Part shown: positions 20,397-31,027 of the stretch, in pieces
Layout of the letters: every line of letters begins with the position of its first letter
Position numbering within the stretch: position 1 is the first letter of the stretch
Assembly: GCA_035699745.1 (NCBI GenBank)
Contig: DASSPH010000099.1
Location: 129,841 to 193,840, forward strand
From: Vicinamibacterales bacterium
GTDB lineage: Bacteria; Acidobacteriota; Vicinamibacteria; Vicinamibacterales; 2-12-FULL-66-21
Reading direction: 5' to 3'
DNA length: 64,000 bases
The notes under the pieces: model-generated
Told to the model about the DNA's origin: nothing
Databases searched by the model: none
What the model saw: only the letters and a program-made list of their open reading frames with translations
Program-made: the position numbers and the translations under genes

Positions 20397-21772
20397 AGCG
20401 CCCGATCCCAGCGCCGGTCCTCATTGCCGCGTTTGCCGCGATCGCCGCGATTGCGGTCACGGCGCTCCTGGTGAACATCTTCAGCCGGCAGCAGGAAGGG
20501 CGGAACCCTTTCTACCGCGTCGTCGAGCTCGACGACCAGACGGTTGATCCCGCGGTGTGGGGCAGGAACTTTCCGCTGCAGTACGACAGCTACCGCCGGA
20601 CGGTCGATCAGGTCCGGACGCGGTACGGCGGCAGCGAGGCGGTGCCGCGGGCGCCGACGCAGGCCGATCCGCGCAGCGTCGTCGCGCAGTCGCGCCTCGC
20701 CGAGGATCCGCGGCTGAAGACGATGTGGGCGGGATACGCGTTCGCGCGCGACTTCCGCGAGGAACGCGGGCACGCCTACATGCTCGAGGACCAGACCTTC
20801 ACCGAACGCCAGATCGCGTCGCAGCAGCCCGGCACCTGCATGCATTGCCACGCGTCGGTCTACGTGCCGTACAAGCAGCTCGGCGGCGGCGACCTGATCA
20901 AAGGGTTCGAGACGATGAACCGGATGACGTATCAGGAGGCGCGGACGAAGGTGACGCATCCGGTCGCGTGCATCGACTGCCACGATCCATCGACGATGCA
21001 GCTGCGCGTGACCCGGCCCGGGTTCCTCGAGGGGATTGCGAAGGTGAAGGCGGCGCAGGGGGCCGCCGGCTACGACGTCAACCGCGACGCCACGCGGCAG
21101 GAGATGCGCGCCTACGTCTGCGGCCAGTGCCACGTCGAGTACTACTTCAAGGGTCCGGAAAAGCGCTTGACCTATCCATGGGACAAGGGGCTCAAGGCCG
21201 ACGAGATCCTCGCCTACTACGAAGAGTCAGGCTTCAAGGACTGGACGCACGCCGAGAGCGGCGCGCCGGCGCTCAAGGCGCAGCACCCCGAGTTCGAGAT
21301 GTGGAACCAGGGCGTGCACGCGCGATCCGGCGTCGCCTGCGCGGACTGTCACATGCCGTATCAACGCGTAGGGGCGATGAAGGTCAGCGATCATCACGTG
21401 CGCAGTCCGCTGCTCAACATCAACCGCGCCTGCCAGACCTGCCACCGCTGGCCCGAAGAAGAGCTGAAGGCGCGCGTCGAAACGATTCAGGACCGGACGT
21501 TCCAGGTGCGCAACGTCGCGATGGACGCGCTCGTCGCGCTGATCGGCGACATCAAGGGCGCGCGGGCGGGCGGCGCTGCCGACGGCGCGCTGGAGCAGGC
21601 GCGGCGCCACCAGCGGCGCGCGCAGTTCCTGCTCGATTTCATCGAGGCCGAGAACTCGATGGGATTCCACGCCGACCAGGAAGCGATGCGGATCCTGGCG
21701 CTGTCGCTCGACGAGACGCGCCGCGGCCAGCTCGCGCTGCCGGGGCGATCGTCCGGGGGCGGCACTCGCTGA
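20393..21772 (+). CDS. nrfA: Cytochrome c nitrite reductase, pentaheme subunit NrfA
   Basis: Start MKRPIPAPVLIAAF overlapping the nrfH stop (ATGA). Five heme motifs CMHCH, CIDCH, CGQCH, CADCH, CQTCH. Heme 1 is CxxCH, not the classical CxxCK. Confidence 0.9.
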   Translation: MKRPIPAPVLIAAFAAIAAIAVTALLVNIFSRQQEGRNPFYRVVELDDQTVDPAVWGRNFPLQYDSYRRTVDQVRTRYGGSEAVPRAPTQADPRSVVAQSRLAEDPRLKTMWAGYAFARDFREERGHAYMLEDQTFTERQIASQQPGTCMHCHASVYVPYKQLGGGDLIKGFETMNRMTYQEARTKVTHPVACIDCHDPSTMQLRVTRPGFLEGIAKVKAAQGAAGYDVNRDATRQEMRAYVCGQCHVEYYFKGPEKRLTYPWDKGLKADEILAYYEESGFKDWTHAESGAPALKAQHPEFEMWNQGVHARSGVACADCHMPYQRVGAMKVSDHHVRSPLLNINRACQTCHRWPEEELKARVETIQDRTFQVRNVAMDALVALIGDIKGARAGGAADGALEQARRHQRRAQFLLDFIEAENSMGFHADQEAMRILALSLDETRRGQLALPGRSSGGGTR

Positions 21773-21795
21773 TTCGAGCAACCGAAGCGGCGCGA

Positions 21796-22302
21796 TCAGC
21801 GGCGCGCCGGCACCTCGGCACCGACAGTGCCGACGATGCCCTGGTCGTCCGAGAACGTGATGACCACTCGCAGCGCGGGGAATGCCGTGCTGCCGCCGCT
21901 GCCCGGGGCGCAATAGCCAAGCCACGCCGCGCCGGTATCCGTGTAGAACGTATCGAGTTCGCCGCCGGCCGGAACCCGCAGCTTGTCTCCCCAGCAGCTG
22001 GGCGCCGTTTCGTCCGACCCCGCTGGACCGTACACCACGACTCGCTGGATCGTCGCGCCGCTCGTCCCGCCCGCTTCCCTCAGCAGGAACCGCACCTCGT
22101 AACCGAATCGGGGCGTCCCGGCGTGCACGATGGCGAATGGCTGCTCGATCAGGATCGAGGCACTCGATGGATTGGCTGACGCGGGCGCGGGCGGAGGCGT
22201 GGTCGTCGTGACCGTTGATGGCCTCGACGGAGATCCGCCGCATGCCGACAGGAACCAGAAGCCGACGACTGCGCCTCGCCAGGCGGAAGTGTTACGCGTC
22301 AT
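21796..22302 (-). CDS. Lipoprotein, unknown function
   Basis: MTRNTSAWRGAVVGFWFLSACGG lipobox, then a Thr/Pro-rich linker. Confidence 0.5.
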   Translation of the reverse strand: MTRNTSAWRGAVVGFWFLSACGGSPSRPSTVTTTTPPPAPASANPSSASILIEQPFAIVHAGTPRFGYEVRFLLREAGGTSGATIQRVVVYGPAGSDETAPSCWGDKLRVPAGGELDTFYTDTGAAWLGYCAPGSGGSTAFPALRVVITFSDDQGIVGTVGAEVPARR

Positions 22303-22391
22303 GCTGTGCCTCGGCTGTGTCGAAGGCAAACCCGCCACCGTCGAGCCTGGGATGCAGGCGCGCGTATTCTAGCCGGTCCGCAGGCCGGAAG

Positions 22392-23612
22392 TCACCTCTG
22401 ATCCGGACCGGCGCCGTTCCCCTGCTGGGCGAATACGTCCGCGATCTTCAGGGCAATCGTGTGCGTGTCCGCGAACGACGTGTTCGACAGGACGGCGACG
22501 ACAATGCCGTATTCCGGGAACGTCACCAGCGAAGACACGCGACCGCCGCGCAATGCTCCGTCGTGGCCGACGGTGCGCGTTCCCTTGCCCGCGGCCGTGG
22601 CGGTTTCGAGGTCCCAGCCAAGTCCGTACCCCGTCTCTTCTCCGGAAGACAGCCGCTGTGACGCCTGGAGCATCTGTACCGTCGCGGGCTTCAGCAGCTT
22701 GCCGCCGTTGACGGCCAGCGCGAAGCGCACCAGATCCGACGGGGTCGACAGGAACGCGCCGGCGCCTGCGGAGCAGGACACGTCGAGCGGCTCCGGCTCC
22801 TGCGGCCCATACCGCGGGTCGGCGCCGAACCTCGGGAAATAGTAGGTCGCCAGATCGGGCACGGCATCGGTGGTTGAATCGGCCGCCGTGTCGCGCATGC
22901 CGAGCGGCTCGAATACCTGCTTCTGCACGACGGCGAAGAACGGCTCCTTCGCCGCGGCCTCGATCGCAGCGCTCACCAGGACCCAGCCGTAGCTCGAGTG
23001 CTGGTAGCGCGCGCCAGGCTCGAACAGCAGCGGCCGGTCGGCGAACCGCTTGAACGCGTCCGCGGTGCGCTCGCAATGCTCCACGGTGGGCTCCTCGTCG
23101 CCCGCGTCGTTCCGGATCCCGGCGGTGTGCGCCATCAGATGCCGCAGCGTGACCGGCCATTGCTTGTCCGGGAACGATGGCACGTAGGTCTGGATCTCCG
23201 ACTCGAGATGGAGCTGCTCCCTCTCGAGCAGCAGACCGGCGGCCGCGGACGTCAGCGCGATCGACGCGCTCCCGATCTTGAAGCGCATGGCCGGTCCGAC
23301 CGGCACCTGGTTCTCGACGTCCGCCCAGCCGAGCCCCTCTGCCCAGACCAGCTCGCCGGCGGCGCCGACGGCGACGGACAGCCCGGGGAGATTCTGCGCC
23401 ACCAGGCCGGCGCGGGCGATCTGCCGCGCCTGGGCGGCAGCCGCCGACCACCTCGCCGGCGGCGACGAGAGCATCCGCGACGGCACGTGGCCCGGATCCT
23501 GATGGATCGGCCTCGCGGTCGCATTGACGTAGAGGAACAGGCCGACGACGAACGCGGCGATCAGCATCGGCGGGACGGCGAGCCAGACGAGCCACTTACG
23601 ATGGTTCAGCAC
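22392..23612 (-). CDS. Beta-lactamase-fold serine hydrolase family protein with degenerate catalytic motifs
   Basis: 406 aa. N-terminal TM; class C beta-lactamase/esterase-like fold. The canonical SxxK, YxN and HTG motifs appear as SASI, HSS and HDG. Confidence 0.7.
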   Translation of the reverse strand: MLNHRKWLVWLAVPPMLIAAFVVGLFLYVNATARPIHQDPGHVPSRMLSSPPARWSAAAAQARQIARAGLVAQNLPGLSVAVGAAGELVWAEGLGWADVENQVPVGPAMRFKIGSASIALTSAAAGLLLEREQLHLESEIQTYVPSFPDKQWPVTLRHLMAHTAGIRNDAGDEEPTVEHCERTADAFKRFADRPLLFEPGARYQHSSYGWVLVSAAIEAAAKEPFFAVVQKQVFEPLGMRDTAADSTTDAVPDLATYYFPRFGADPRYGPQEPEPLDVSCSAGAGAFLSTPSDLVRFALAVNGGKLLKPATVQMLQASQRLSSGEETGYGLGWDLETATAAGKGTRTVGHDGALRGGRVSSLVTFPEYGIVVAVLSNTSFADTHTIALKIADVFAQQGNGAGPDQR

Positions 23613-23679
23613 GGCGCCAGCGTATCACGGCGACTTTGTCACACAAAGCTCTGCCGGTCGCGCGCCATCGAGCGCCCCG

Positions 23680-25041
23680 TCAAATCAGCCCCGCTCGCTT
23701 CACGGCATGGTAGCGGTTCACCAGCTCGACCCCCAGCCACTCCGGCTCGGCGTCTGCCATCAGGGCGTCGTTGGCGGCCAGCCGGTTGAACGCGTTCCGG
23801 CGCGCCTGCTCGTACAGATGCGCGGCGGCGATGTCGATCGGATCGGCGTGCTCGAACGGTTGCCGGATCATCTCGCCGACGACGCGCTCGCGGAGGCTGG
23901 CGAGCAGCACGAGGTGCCGGTGCCGCAGCAGGCGAAGCGCCGCCGCCAGCTCCGTGCTGTCCTCGTCGCGGAAGTTGGTGATGACGATCACCAGGGCACG
24001 CTTGCGCTGCCGCAGCAGCAGCGCGCGCGCCGCGGCCAGGTAGTCCGAATGCGTCGCGGTCGGCTGCACGTCGTACATCTGGCCCATCAACGCGTTCAAT
24101 GCGTGCTTTCCCTTCCGCGGAGGAAACGAGCGCTCGCCGCCCGGCGGCGTCCCGAACGTCATCGCGCCGACCGCATCCCCCTGCCCGAGCGCCACGTACG
24201 AGAGCAGCATGACGGCGTTCAGCACCTGATCGAAGTGCGCGGTGCCGGCCGACGCCGTGCGATCGTCCGCGCGCATCCGCCGGCCGCAATCGACGAGCAG
24301 CATCACGCATTGATCGCGTTCGTCCTGGAACTCGCGCACGATCGGCTTGTTCGCCCGCAACGTCGCACGCCAGTCGATGTGGCGGACGTCGTCGCCGAGC
24401 CGGTACTCCGACAGCTGCTTGAAGTCGGTGCCCTGCCCGCGCAGCTGATAGGTCTTGACGCCGATCTCCTGCAGCCGCCGGTCCCCGGCCAGCCAGGCAT
24501 AGCGCGCCACCTGCGCGAAGTCGGGAAACACGCGGCGGCGTTCGGCCGGACCGAGGCGCTGCTGCACCTCCCAGAACCCCCACCGCGAACGGATCCGCAC
24601 GTCGGCCGGCGCGAATGTCACGTCGCCGCGCATCGTCGGCGTCACGGTATAGGTGACGTCGACACGCTTGCCGCCCTGGATGGCCAGCCGCCGGATCGGC
24701 AGCCCCTCGACCGCAAGCGTCGCGTCGGCGTGGTCGTGGAGGTCGCCGCGCCATGTCGCCGTGCCCTGCGCCTCGATGGCCACGCGGATCGGGCGCTTGA
24801 CGCCGATGGCGAAGGCGGCGGGAAGGTCGCGGGTCAGCATGGGGGACGCCGCGCGCCAGCCTCGAAGCGTCAGCACGAGGTCCACGGCGGCGACCGCCGC
24901 GAGCAAGGCGGCCGCGGCGAGCGTGACCCGGCTCACCGCCGGCGCGGTCGCGCCGGCCACCAGCGCGAGCAGCGCGGTCGCGGCAAGCGCGGCCAGGCCG
25001 CTCAGCATCGTTCGCCCCGGAAGCGCACGCGTCATGGCCAT
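23680..25041 (-). CDS. DUF58 domain protein with N-terminal TM region
   Basis: 453 aa. RxxDWxxTLR region (DDVRHIDWRATLRANKPIVREFQDE) and VWA-like body (CVMLLVDCGRRM). Confidence 0.8.
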   Translation of the reverse strand: MAMTRALPGRTMLSGLAALAATALLALVAGATAPAVSRVTLAAAALLAAVAAVDLVLTLRGWRAASPMLTRDLPAAFAIGVKRPIRVAIEAQGTATWRGDLHDHADATLAVEGLPIRRLAIQGGKRVDVTYTVTPTMRGDVTFAPADVRIRSRWGFWEVQQRLGPAERRRVFPDFAQVARYAWLAGDRRLQEIGVKTYQLRGQGTDFKQLSEYRLGDDVRHIDWRATLRANKPIVREFQDERDQCVMLLVDCGRRMRADDRTASAGTAHFDQVLNAVMLLSYVALGQGDAVGAMTFGTPPGGERSFPPRKGKHALNALMGQMYDVQPTATHSDYLAAARALLLRQRKRALVIVITNFRDEDSTELAAALRLLRHRHLVLLASLRERVVGEMIRQPFEHADPIDIAAAHLYEQARRNAFNRLAANDALMADAEPEWLGVELVNRYHAVKRAGLI

Positions 25042-25053
25042 GCTCCGCCCGGT

Positions 25054-26017
<964 letters not shown>

Positions 26018-26031
<14 letters not shown>

Positions 26032-27184
26032 GCTGACCCTTCGTGTGAATGGCGAGAAGTTCGCGCCGCGCCGCTTCGAGCAGGACGATGGCGCGCCGCA
26101 GGTCCCCGGCCGCGGATCGGCCGGAGTGGTGAACGGCCGCCGCGAGCGCGCCGGCATCGAAGCCGGTCGCACGCGCGAGGGCGGCGAGCCGCTGGTCGCC
26201 GGACAGAACGGCGTAGCCGCTGATGCGGCGGCCGGCGGCCTGCTCGAGAGCGCGCAGCGATGCGGCGTGCAGCGACTCGCCGCCGCCGTGCTGCAGCGCG
26301 AACCGCCCGGTGCCGCGGATCTGATCGGCCAGCGACCGCCGCGCGGCGGCGGACGGCGCGGCGAGCGGCCCGAAGCGGCTCGCGCCTCGCCACAGCAGCG
26401 CCGCGAGCAGCGTGAGCCCGAGTGCGACGACCGGCGCTCCATGGCGCCAGATCAGCGCCGGCAGCGAGGGAAACTCCTCCTCCGACAGGAAGCGCACCTC
26501 GTCGCCGCGCCGCAGCTCGGTCGCGGCGGCGAACAGGCGGCCGTGCTCCCCTTCGAACAACGTGCGCTCCACGAACGGCGCCGCGTTGATCACGGTGACG
26601 CGTCCGCGGCCGATCCGCATCCGCATCGCCTGGATTCCACGGTTGTCGCGGAGCGCCCACTCGGGGACCCGCGTGCTCTCCAGCCACGTCATGCCGAGAT
26701 CGCACAGCCACAGGACGTTCGGACTCGCCGCCGGCCGGCCGCTCACTTCTTCAGTGACCTTGCGGCACGCGGGATCCGGCTCGCCCTTCCAGTTCTTCCA
26801 GTCGGGATAACGGCGTACGATCCCGGTCCAGTTCTCGAACGCCTCGTCGGCTTCGACCAGACGGTTGTCGACGACGAGACGGCCGCCCGATTCCACCCAC
26901 CGCTCGAGGGCGGCGCGGCGGTTGCGCGTCAGGCTCCAGTGCCACGTCGAGATCACGAGCACGGCGTTCGAGTCCGGCACCACGAGCATGCGATCCCATG
27001 CCGTCCTGGCGCCGAGCCGCTCCGCGAACCGCTGCGTCGCATAGAACGGATTGACGAGCGCCTCCCCCTTCGGCGGCATCGGGACCTTCACTTCTTCCCA
27101 GTACGTGTGATTCGCCACCCAGCCTGCCAGGAGCGCCAGCGGAACGGCCGCCAGGAGCGCGGTGACGATGCGCCTGCGCGTCAT
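26018..27184 (-). CDS. DUF4350-like protein (N-terminal TM, periplasmic domain, C-terminal TM)
   Basis: 388 aa. Architecture and operon position match DUF4350 proteins found upstream of MoxR/DUF58. Overlaps the moxR start by 14 nt. Confidence 0.6.
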
Positions 27185-27960
27185 GCCGCCTCCGGCGCCG
27201 GCGCCGCACCGGCGGAAACCGGACGCAGCGCGGACGCGAACTCGTCGCAGAGCGCATGCACGGTCGTCGTGTCGATCGGCTCGCGTCCGTAGCCGAAGCG
27301 CTGCCAGACGCGCACCAGACGGGACAAGTACTCGGCTCTGTCGGGCAGCCGCGCGGCCGCGAGCGCGAGGCAGTCTCCTTCGGTGCTGGACTCCCGGATC
27401 GGCACGCCGTGAACGTGTGCGAGCCGCGAGAGCATGCCGCGATACAGCAGCGCGAGCGCCGCCCGCTGCTCGCCGCGATCCCAGAGCTGCCGCGCGGCCG
27501 CCCCGACATCGTCAGGCAGCGTCTCGGGCCGGATGTCCAGGTCGCGCACATGCGTGGGCACGACGAACGCGCCGTCCGCGGGATCGGCGAGCCGCGTGCG
27601 GGCGACGCGCGTGAGATAGACGACCAGCAGTCCGGCCAGGCCCGCGGCCCCCACCCACACCAGCACCCGGGCCGATTCGCCCACCCAGGCGAGCAGTCCC
27701 GAGATCCACGACAACCAGCCGGGCGCACGCCACGGCTTCGACGGAGACGAGTCCCTCCAGCGAAGCGCCTTGATCGTCCGCTCCGTCGCCAGGTTGGGAT
27801 CCGTTTTGACCGCCTCGATCGCGCGCGGGATTTCGGCGGGGTCGGGAGCCGGCGCGGATGCCGCGGACGCCGGCTGCGCGGCGAGTGCCGCAAGCGGCGG
27901 CGCGCTCAGCGTCGCCACCAGCGCCGCGAGCCGGACCCCTCGCTCAAGCCGCGAAGGCAC
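27181..27960 (-). CDS. DUF4129-like protein
   Basis: 259 aa. Signal/TM, then a domain with ...SSTEGDCLALAA.... Overlaps the next gene by 4 nt. Confidence 0.55.
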   Translation of the reverse strand: MPSRLERGVRLAALVATLSAPPLAALAAQPASAASAPAPDPAEIPRAIEAVKTDPNLATERTIKALRWRDSSPSKPWRAPGWLSWISGLLAWVGESARVLVWVGAAGLAGLLVVYLTRVARTRLADPADGAFVVPTHVRDLDIRPETLPDDVGAAARQLWDRGEQRAALALLYRGMLSRLAHVHGVPIRESSTEGDCLALAAARLPDRAEYLSRLVRVWQRFGYGREPIDTTTVHALCDEFASALRPVSAGAAPAPEAA

Positions 27961-28678
27961 GCCGGAACTCCTGCTCGATATCCCAGGCCTCGAGCTCGGC
28001 GCGCCGGTTCAAGTACATCCCGAAGCCGGCGGCGACGTAGAAGGGCTCCACGAACAGCACTGCGAGCGCGTAGCCGATCGGGATGGACAGCATCAGCCAC
28101 GCCGGGGCCTCCCCCATCACCAGCGCCTCGAACTGCGGCGCGCGCCCTGCCGGCGCGAACCAGAACACGAGCGAGCAGGCGGCCAGCCACAGCGCGATCT
28201 CCGCGAGGCTGAATACCGACGTGATCATCAACGCCGGCCCGGCAATGCGGTTGCGGATCACGCGCATGCGCTGCCGCGCGCCGAGGATGGAGAACCCTTC
28301 GAGCTGGTAGATTGGCTCGGTCAGCGTGCGCCACGGGGACAGCCGGCGGGCGGTCCACGTGAACGCGCACTGCCGCCACCAGACGGCGCGCTGCGCGCCC
28401 CAGACGTCCACGGGCCTGGTCGGCTGGCCGAACGCCGCCCGTGACAGGACGAAGAGGACCGTGCGATCGAGCCAGGGCTTCGCCCACCAGATGACGAAGC
28501 CCGGCAGCCACGCCGCGATCTCGTACGACGCCAGCCCGAGGACGATCACGGGCAGCGCGACCATGGCGTAGCAGCCATAGACCGATCGCGCGGCGCTCTG
28601 GCACAGGCGGACGCCGAGGTCCGCCCCTTCGAGCGCGGTGCGCGGACGCAGCCGGACCGCCAGCGTGTCAAGCTGCAC
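27944..28678 (-). CDS. Integral membrane protein, unknown function
   Basis: Multiple TM helices (MVALPVIVLGLASYEIAAWLPGFVIWW, ALMITSVFSLAEIALWLAACSLVFWF, WLMLSIPIGYALAVLFV). Start uncertain: GTG 28678, or ATG 28564. Confidence 0.5.
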   Translation of the reverse strand: MQLDTLAVRLRPRTALEGADLGVRLCQSAARSVYGCYAMVALPVIVLGLASYEIAAWLPGFVIWWAKPWLDRTVLFVLSRAAFGQPTRPVDVWGAQRAVWWRQCAFTWTARRLSPWRTLTEPIYQLEGFSILGARQRMRVIRNRIAGPALMITSVFSLAEIALWLAACSLVFWFAPAGRAPQFEALVMGEAPAWLMLSIPIGYALAVLFVEPFYVAAGFGMYLNRRAELEAWDIEQEFRRAFAA

Positions 28679-29651
28679 GGCGCCCCTGCCGGATGAAATA
28701 GGTGAACACCGCGATCCAGCACACCGCCGCGACGCTGTACTTGAGCGAGGGCGCCAGCCACTGCGCCGACGACCAGAACGCCTCGATCGCCGCGGCAATC
28801 AGCAGCATCATGGCGACGCCGTAGAGCACGACGGCGGAATCGCGCGTCGCGCCGACCAGGGCCTGCCCCCGCGTCAATCGTCCCGGCGCGAGGAGGGCAT
28901 GGCCGATCCGCAGGCCCGCGGCGCCCGACAGCACGATGGCGGTCAACTCGAACGCCGAATGCGTCGCGACGAACGAATAGAACGTCGGCGCCATGCCGCG
29001 CTCGGTGAGATACCCGGCAATCGCGCCGCCGAACGCGCCGTTGTAGACCAGGAAGAACACGCTTCCGAGCCCTGCGAACAGGCCGCCGGCAAAGCACTGG
29101 AACGCCACGCCGATGTTGTTCCGGACATAGAACGCGAACATCACCCAGTCGGTCGTCGCCTCGCGTACGCGGCCGATTGCTTCGGCGGACGGCGAATACA
29201 TCCGATCGAAGGACGACGCAGTGTCGGCGCTGACGACCGAAAGGATCAGCTCCGGCTGGCGGTACACCACCAGACCGACGGCGATGGTCGGCAGCAGGAA
29301 GAGCGCCGCGGCGGCGGCGACGTAGCGGGCCTGCGCTCTGACGGCGCGCGGGAAGTCCGCCAGCAGCATCGCCTTCACACGCGCGGCACCGAACTCGTGC
29401 TGACGGTAGATCACCTGGTGGCCGTCTGCGGTCAGCCGCTCGAGGCGATCGACCAGGTAGGCCGGATACGATCGGGCCCGCGCCAGCGCGAGCTGCTCGC
29501 ACGCCCGCCGATAGAGCGCCGCCACGCGGTCGCCCGGCACCTCCTCGCGCGCGCCGGATCGCCGGCCGGTGCGGCCGAGCACGCGGTCCAGCAGCGCTTC
29601 GAGCTCCGTCCACTCGGCTTCGTAGAGCGCCTCGAACTGCAGCGGAGTCAT
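28668..29651 (-). CDS. SpoIIM-like (stage II sporulation protein M / DUF95) membrane protein
   Basis: True start MTPLQFEALYEAEWTELEALLD at 29651; the track's upstream 171 codons are junk. The N-terminal cytoplasmic helix followed by several TM helices is typical of DUF95. ATGA overlap with the RDD gene. Confidence 0.65.
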   Translation of the reverse strand: MTPLQFEALYEAEWTELEALLDRVLGRTGRRSGAREEVPGDRVAALYRRACEQLALARARSYPAYLVDRLERLTADGHQVIYRQHEFGAARVKAMLLADFPRAVRAQARYVAAAAALFLLPTIAVGLVVYRQPELILSVVSADTASSFDRMYSPSAEAIGRVREATTDWVMFAFYVRNNIGVAFQCFAGGLFAGLGSVFFLVYNGAFGGAIAGYLTERGMAPTFYSFVATHSAFELTAIVLSGAAGLRIGHALLAPGRLTRGQALVGATRDSAVVLYGVAMMLLIAAAIEAFWSSAQWLAPSLKYSVAAVCWIAVFTYFIRQGRRAA

Positions 29652-30391
29652 GCGCGCCGTCCCAGCGACCAGTGCGCGACGCCGAGCACGCGCCGCGTCA
29701 CGTCCGGTCCGCGGCGCCCTGCGTCCCCCGACACTACCGCCGCGAGCGCCGCCAGCTCGTCGAGACGCTCGGACGTCAGCCGTGGTGCCCGCGCCGCGAG
29801 CGCGATGAGCGCGGCCTGATCGTCGGCGCTCAGCGGCACGACCGGCACGACCGGTTCGACCGACCCCAGCGCCATCCGCGGCGCTCCGCGCGGCTGATGG
29901 ATCACCAGCGTCCCGGCGGCAATGTCGCCGAGGCGCTGGCAATCCCGCCGCAGCAGCATGCTCACCACAGCAAATCCGTAGCCGAACGGCAGGAAGTCCG
30001 CCACGCGCAGCAGATTCCGGGTGAGCGCCGCCGCCGCGGTCACCGGCAGGCCGTTCTCCATCACGACCCTGAGCGCGAACATGCGCTTGCCTGGCGTCGC
30101 GCCGCCCGGCATCAGCTCGAACACGACCGGATAGAACCACTCGAGCGCGAAGATGATGATCAGCCACAGCGCGAGGCCGAGCTGCCCGAAGAGGGCGAGG
30201 CCGATCGCCGCGGCGTAGATGATGGCCAGCCGGATCACGCCGTCGACCGCAAAGGCGTAGAACCGGACGCTGAGGCCGGCCGGGCGCAGCTCCAGCAGGA
30301 TGCCTTCCGGAGTCTCCGTGGTGACGACGGTGTCGAGGACCCCGCCGCGGGCCGGCAGCCCCTCAGGCTTTGATGACGAGGGTGTCGGCAA
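29648..30391 (-). CDS. RDD family membrane protein
   Basis: 247 aa. RFYAFAVDGVIRLAIIYA...TPGKRMFALRVV is the RDD signature. Confidence 0.75.
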   Translation of the reverse strand: MPTPSSSKPEGLPARGGVLDTVVTTETPEGILLELRPAGLSVRFYAFAVDGVIRLAIIYAAAIGLALFGQLGLALWLIIIFALEWFYPVVFELMPGGATPGKRMFALRVVMENGLPVTAAAALTRNLLRVADFLPFGYGFAVVSMLLRRDCQRLGDIAAGTLVIHQPRGAPRMALGSVEPVVPVVPLSADDQAALIALAARAPRLTSERLDELAALAAVVSGDAGRRGPDVTRRVLGVAHWSLGRRA

Positions 30392-30869
30392 GGTGATCGT
30401 GGATGCAGCGCCGCGACTCCCCGAAGATGAAGAGCGCGTCGATGATTCCGTACATCGGGACCACGGCGAGGATCATGTTGACCACGTTGCGCAGCCAGAT
30501 GACGCGCGACAGCGACACCGGCGACCCGTCGGACCGGACCATCTTGATCCCGCAGGCCTTCTTTCCGATCGACTGGCCGTCGGCCTTCAGACACTTGATG
30601 GTGAGCCACAGCCACGCGGCGAAGCCCACCAGCGCCAGCGCCAGGGCGATGCCCATGCCCGTGTTGCCGGCGTCGTCACTGCCCTGGGCCTGCGCGGAGC
30701 CGCCGATGAACGCACCGGCAAAGAGCGGCAGATAGACCATCACCCCGACGATCAGCCCGTCGAGCAGGGAAGCGCCGAGCCGGGTGGAGCGATCGGCCAG
30801 CAGGATGCCGGCTGCCGGATCCGCGACATCGAGGACGACTGCCTGGGGCGGAGCGTACGGATTTGTCAT
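30363..30869 (-). CDS. RDD family membrane protein (second, shorter)
   Basis: True start MTNPYAPPQAVVLDVADPAAG at 30869. RLGASLLDGLIVGVM...SIGKKACGIKMV is an RDD signature. Confidence 0.7.
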   Translation of the reverse strand: MTNPYAPPQAVVLDVADPAAGILLADRSTRLGASLLDGLIVGVMVYLPLFAGAFIGGSAQAQGSDDAGNTGMGIALALALVGFAAWLWLTIKCLKADGQSIGKKACGIKMVRSDGSPVSLSRVIWLRNVVNMILAVVPMYGIIDALFIFGESRRCIHDHLADTLVIKA

Positions 30870-31027
30870 CGAATCACGATTCCTGTGAGTACGGCGGCGC
30901 GCGCCTGGCGATTCTGCATCGGCATTGGCGCCTTCGCCACCACTTTTATCGGATGATGGCGCCGGCTGTGCACGCCCCGTTCCGCGGTTCGCTGGGTCGA
31001 TCGTGCACACCCGGCGCTCGGAGCGGG

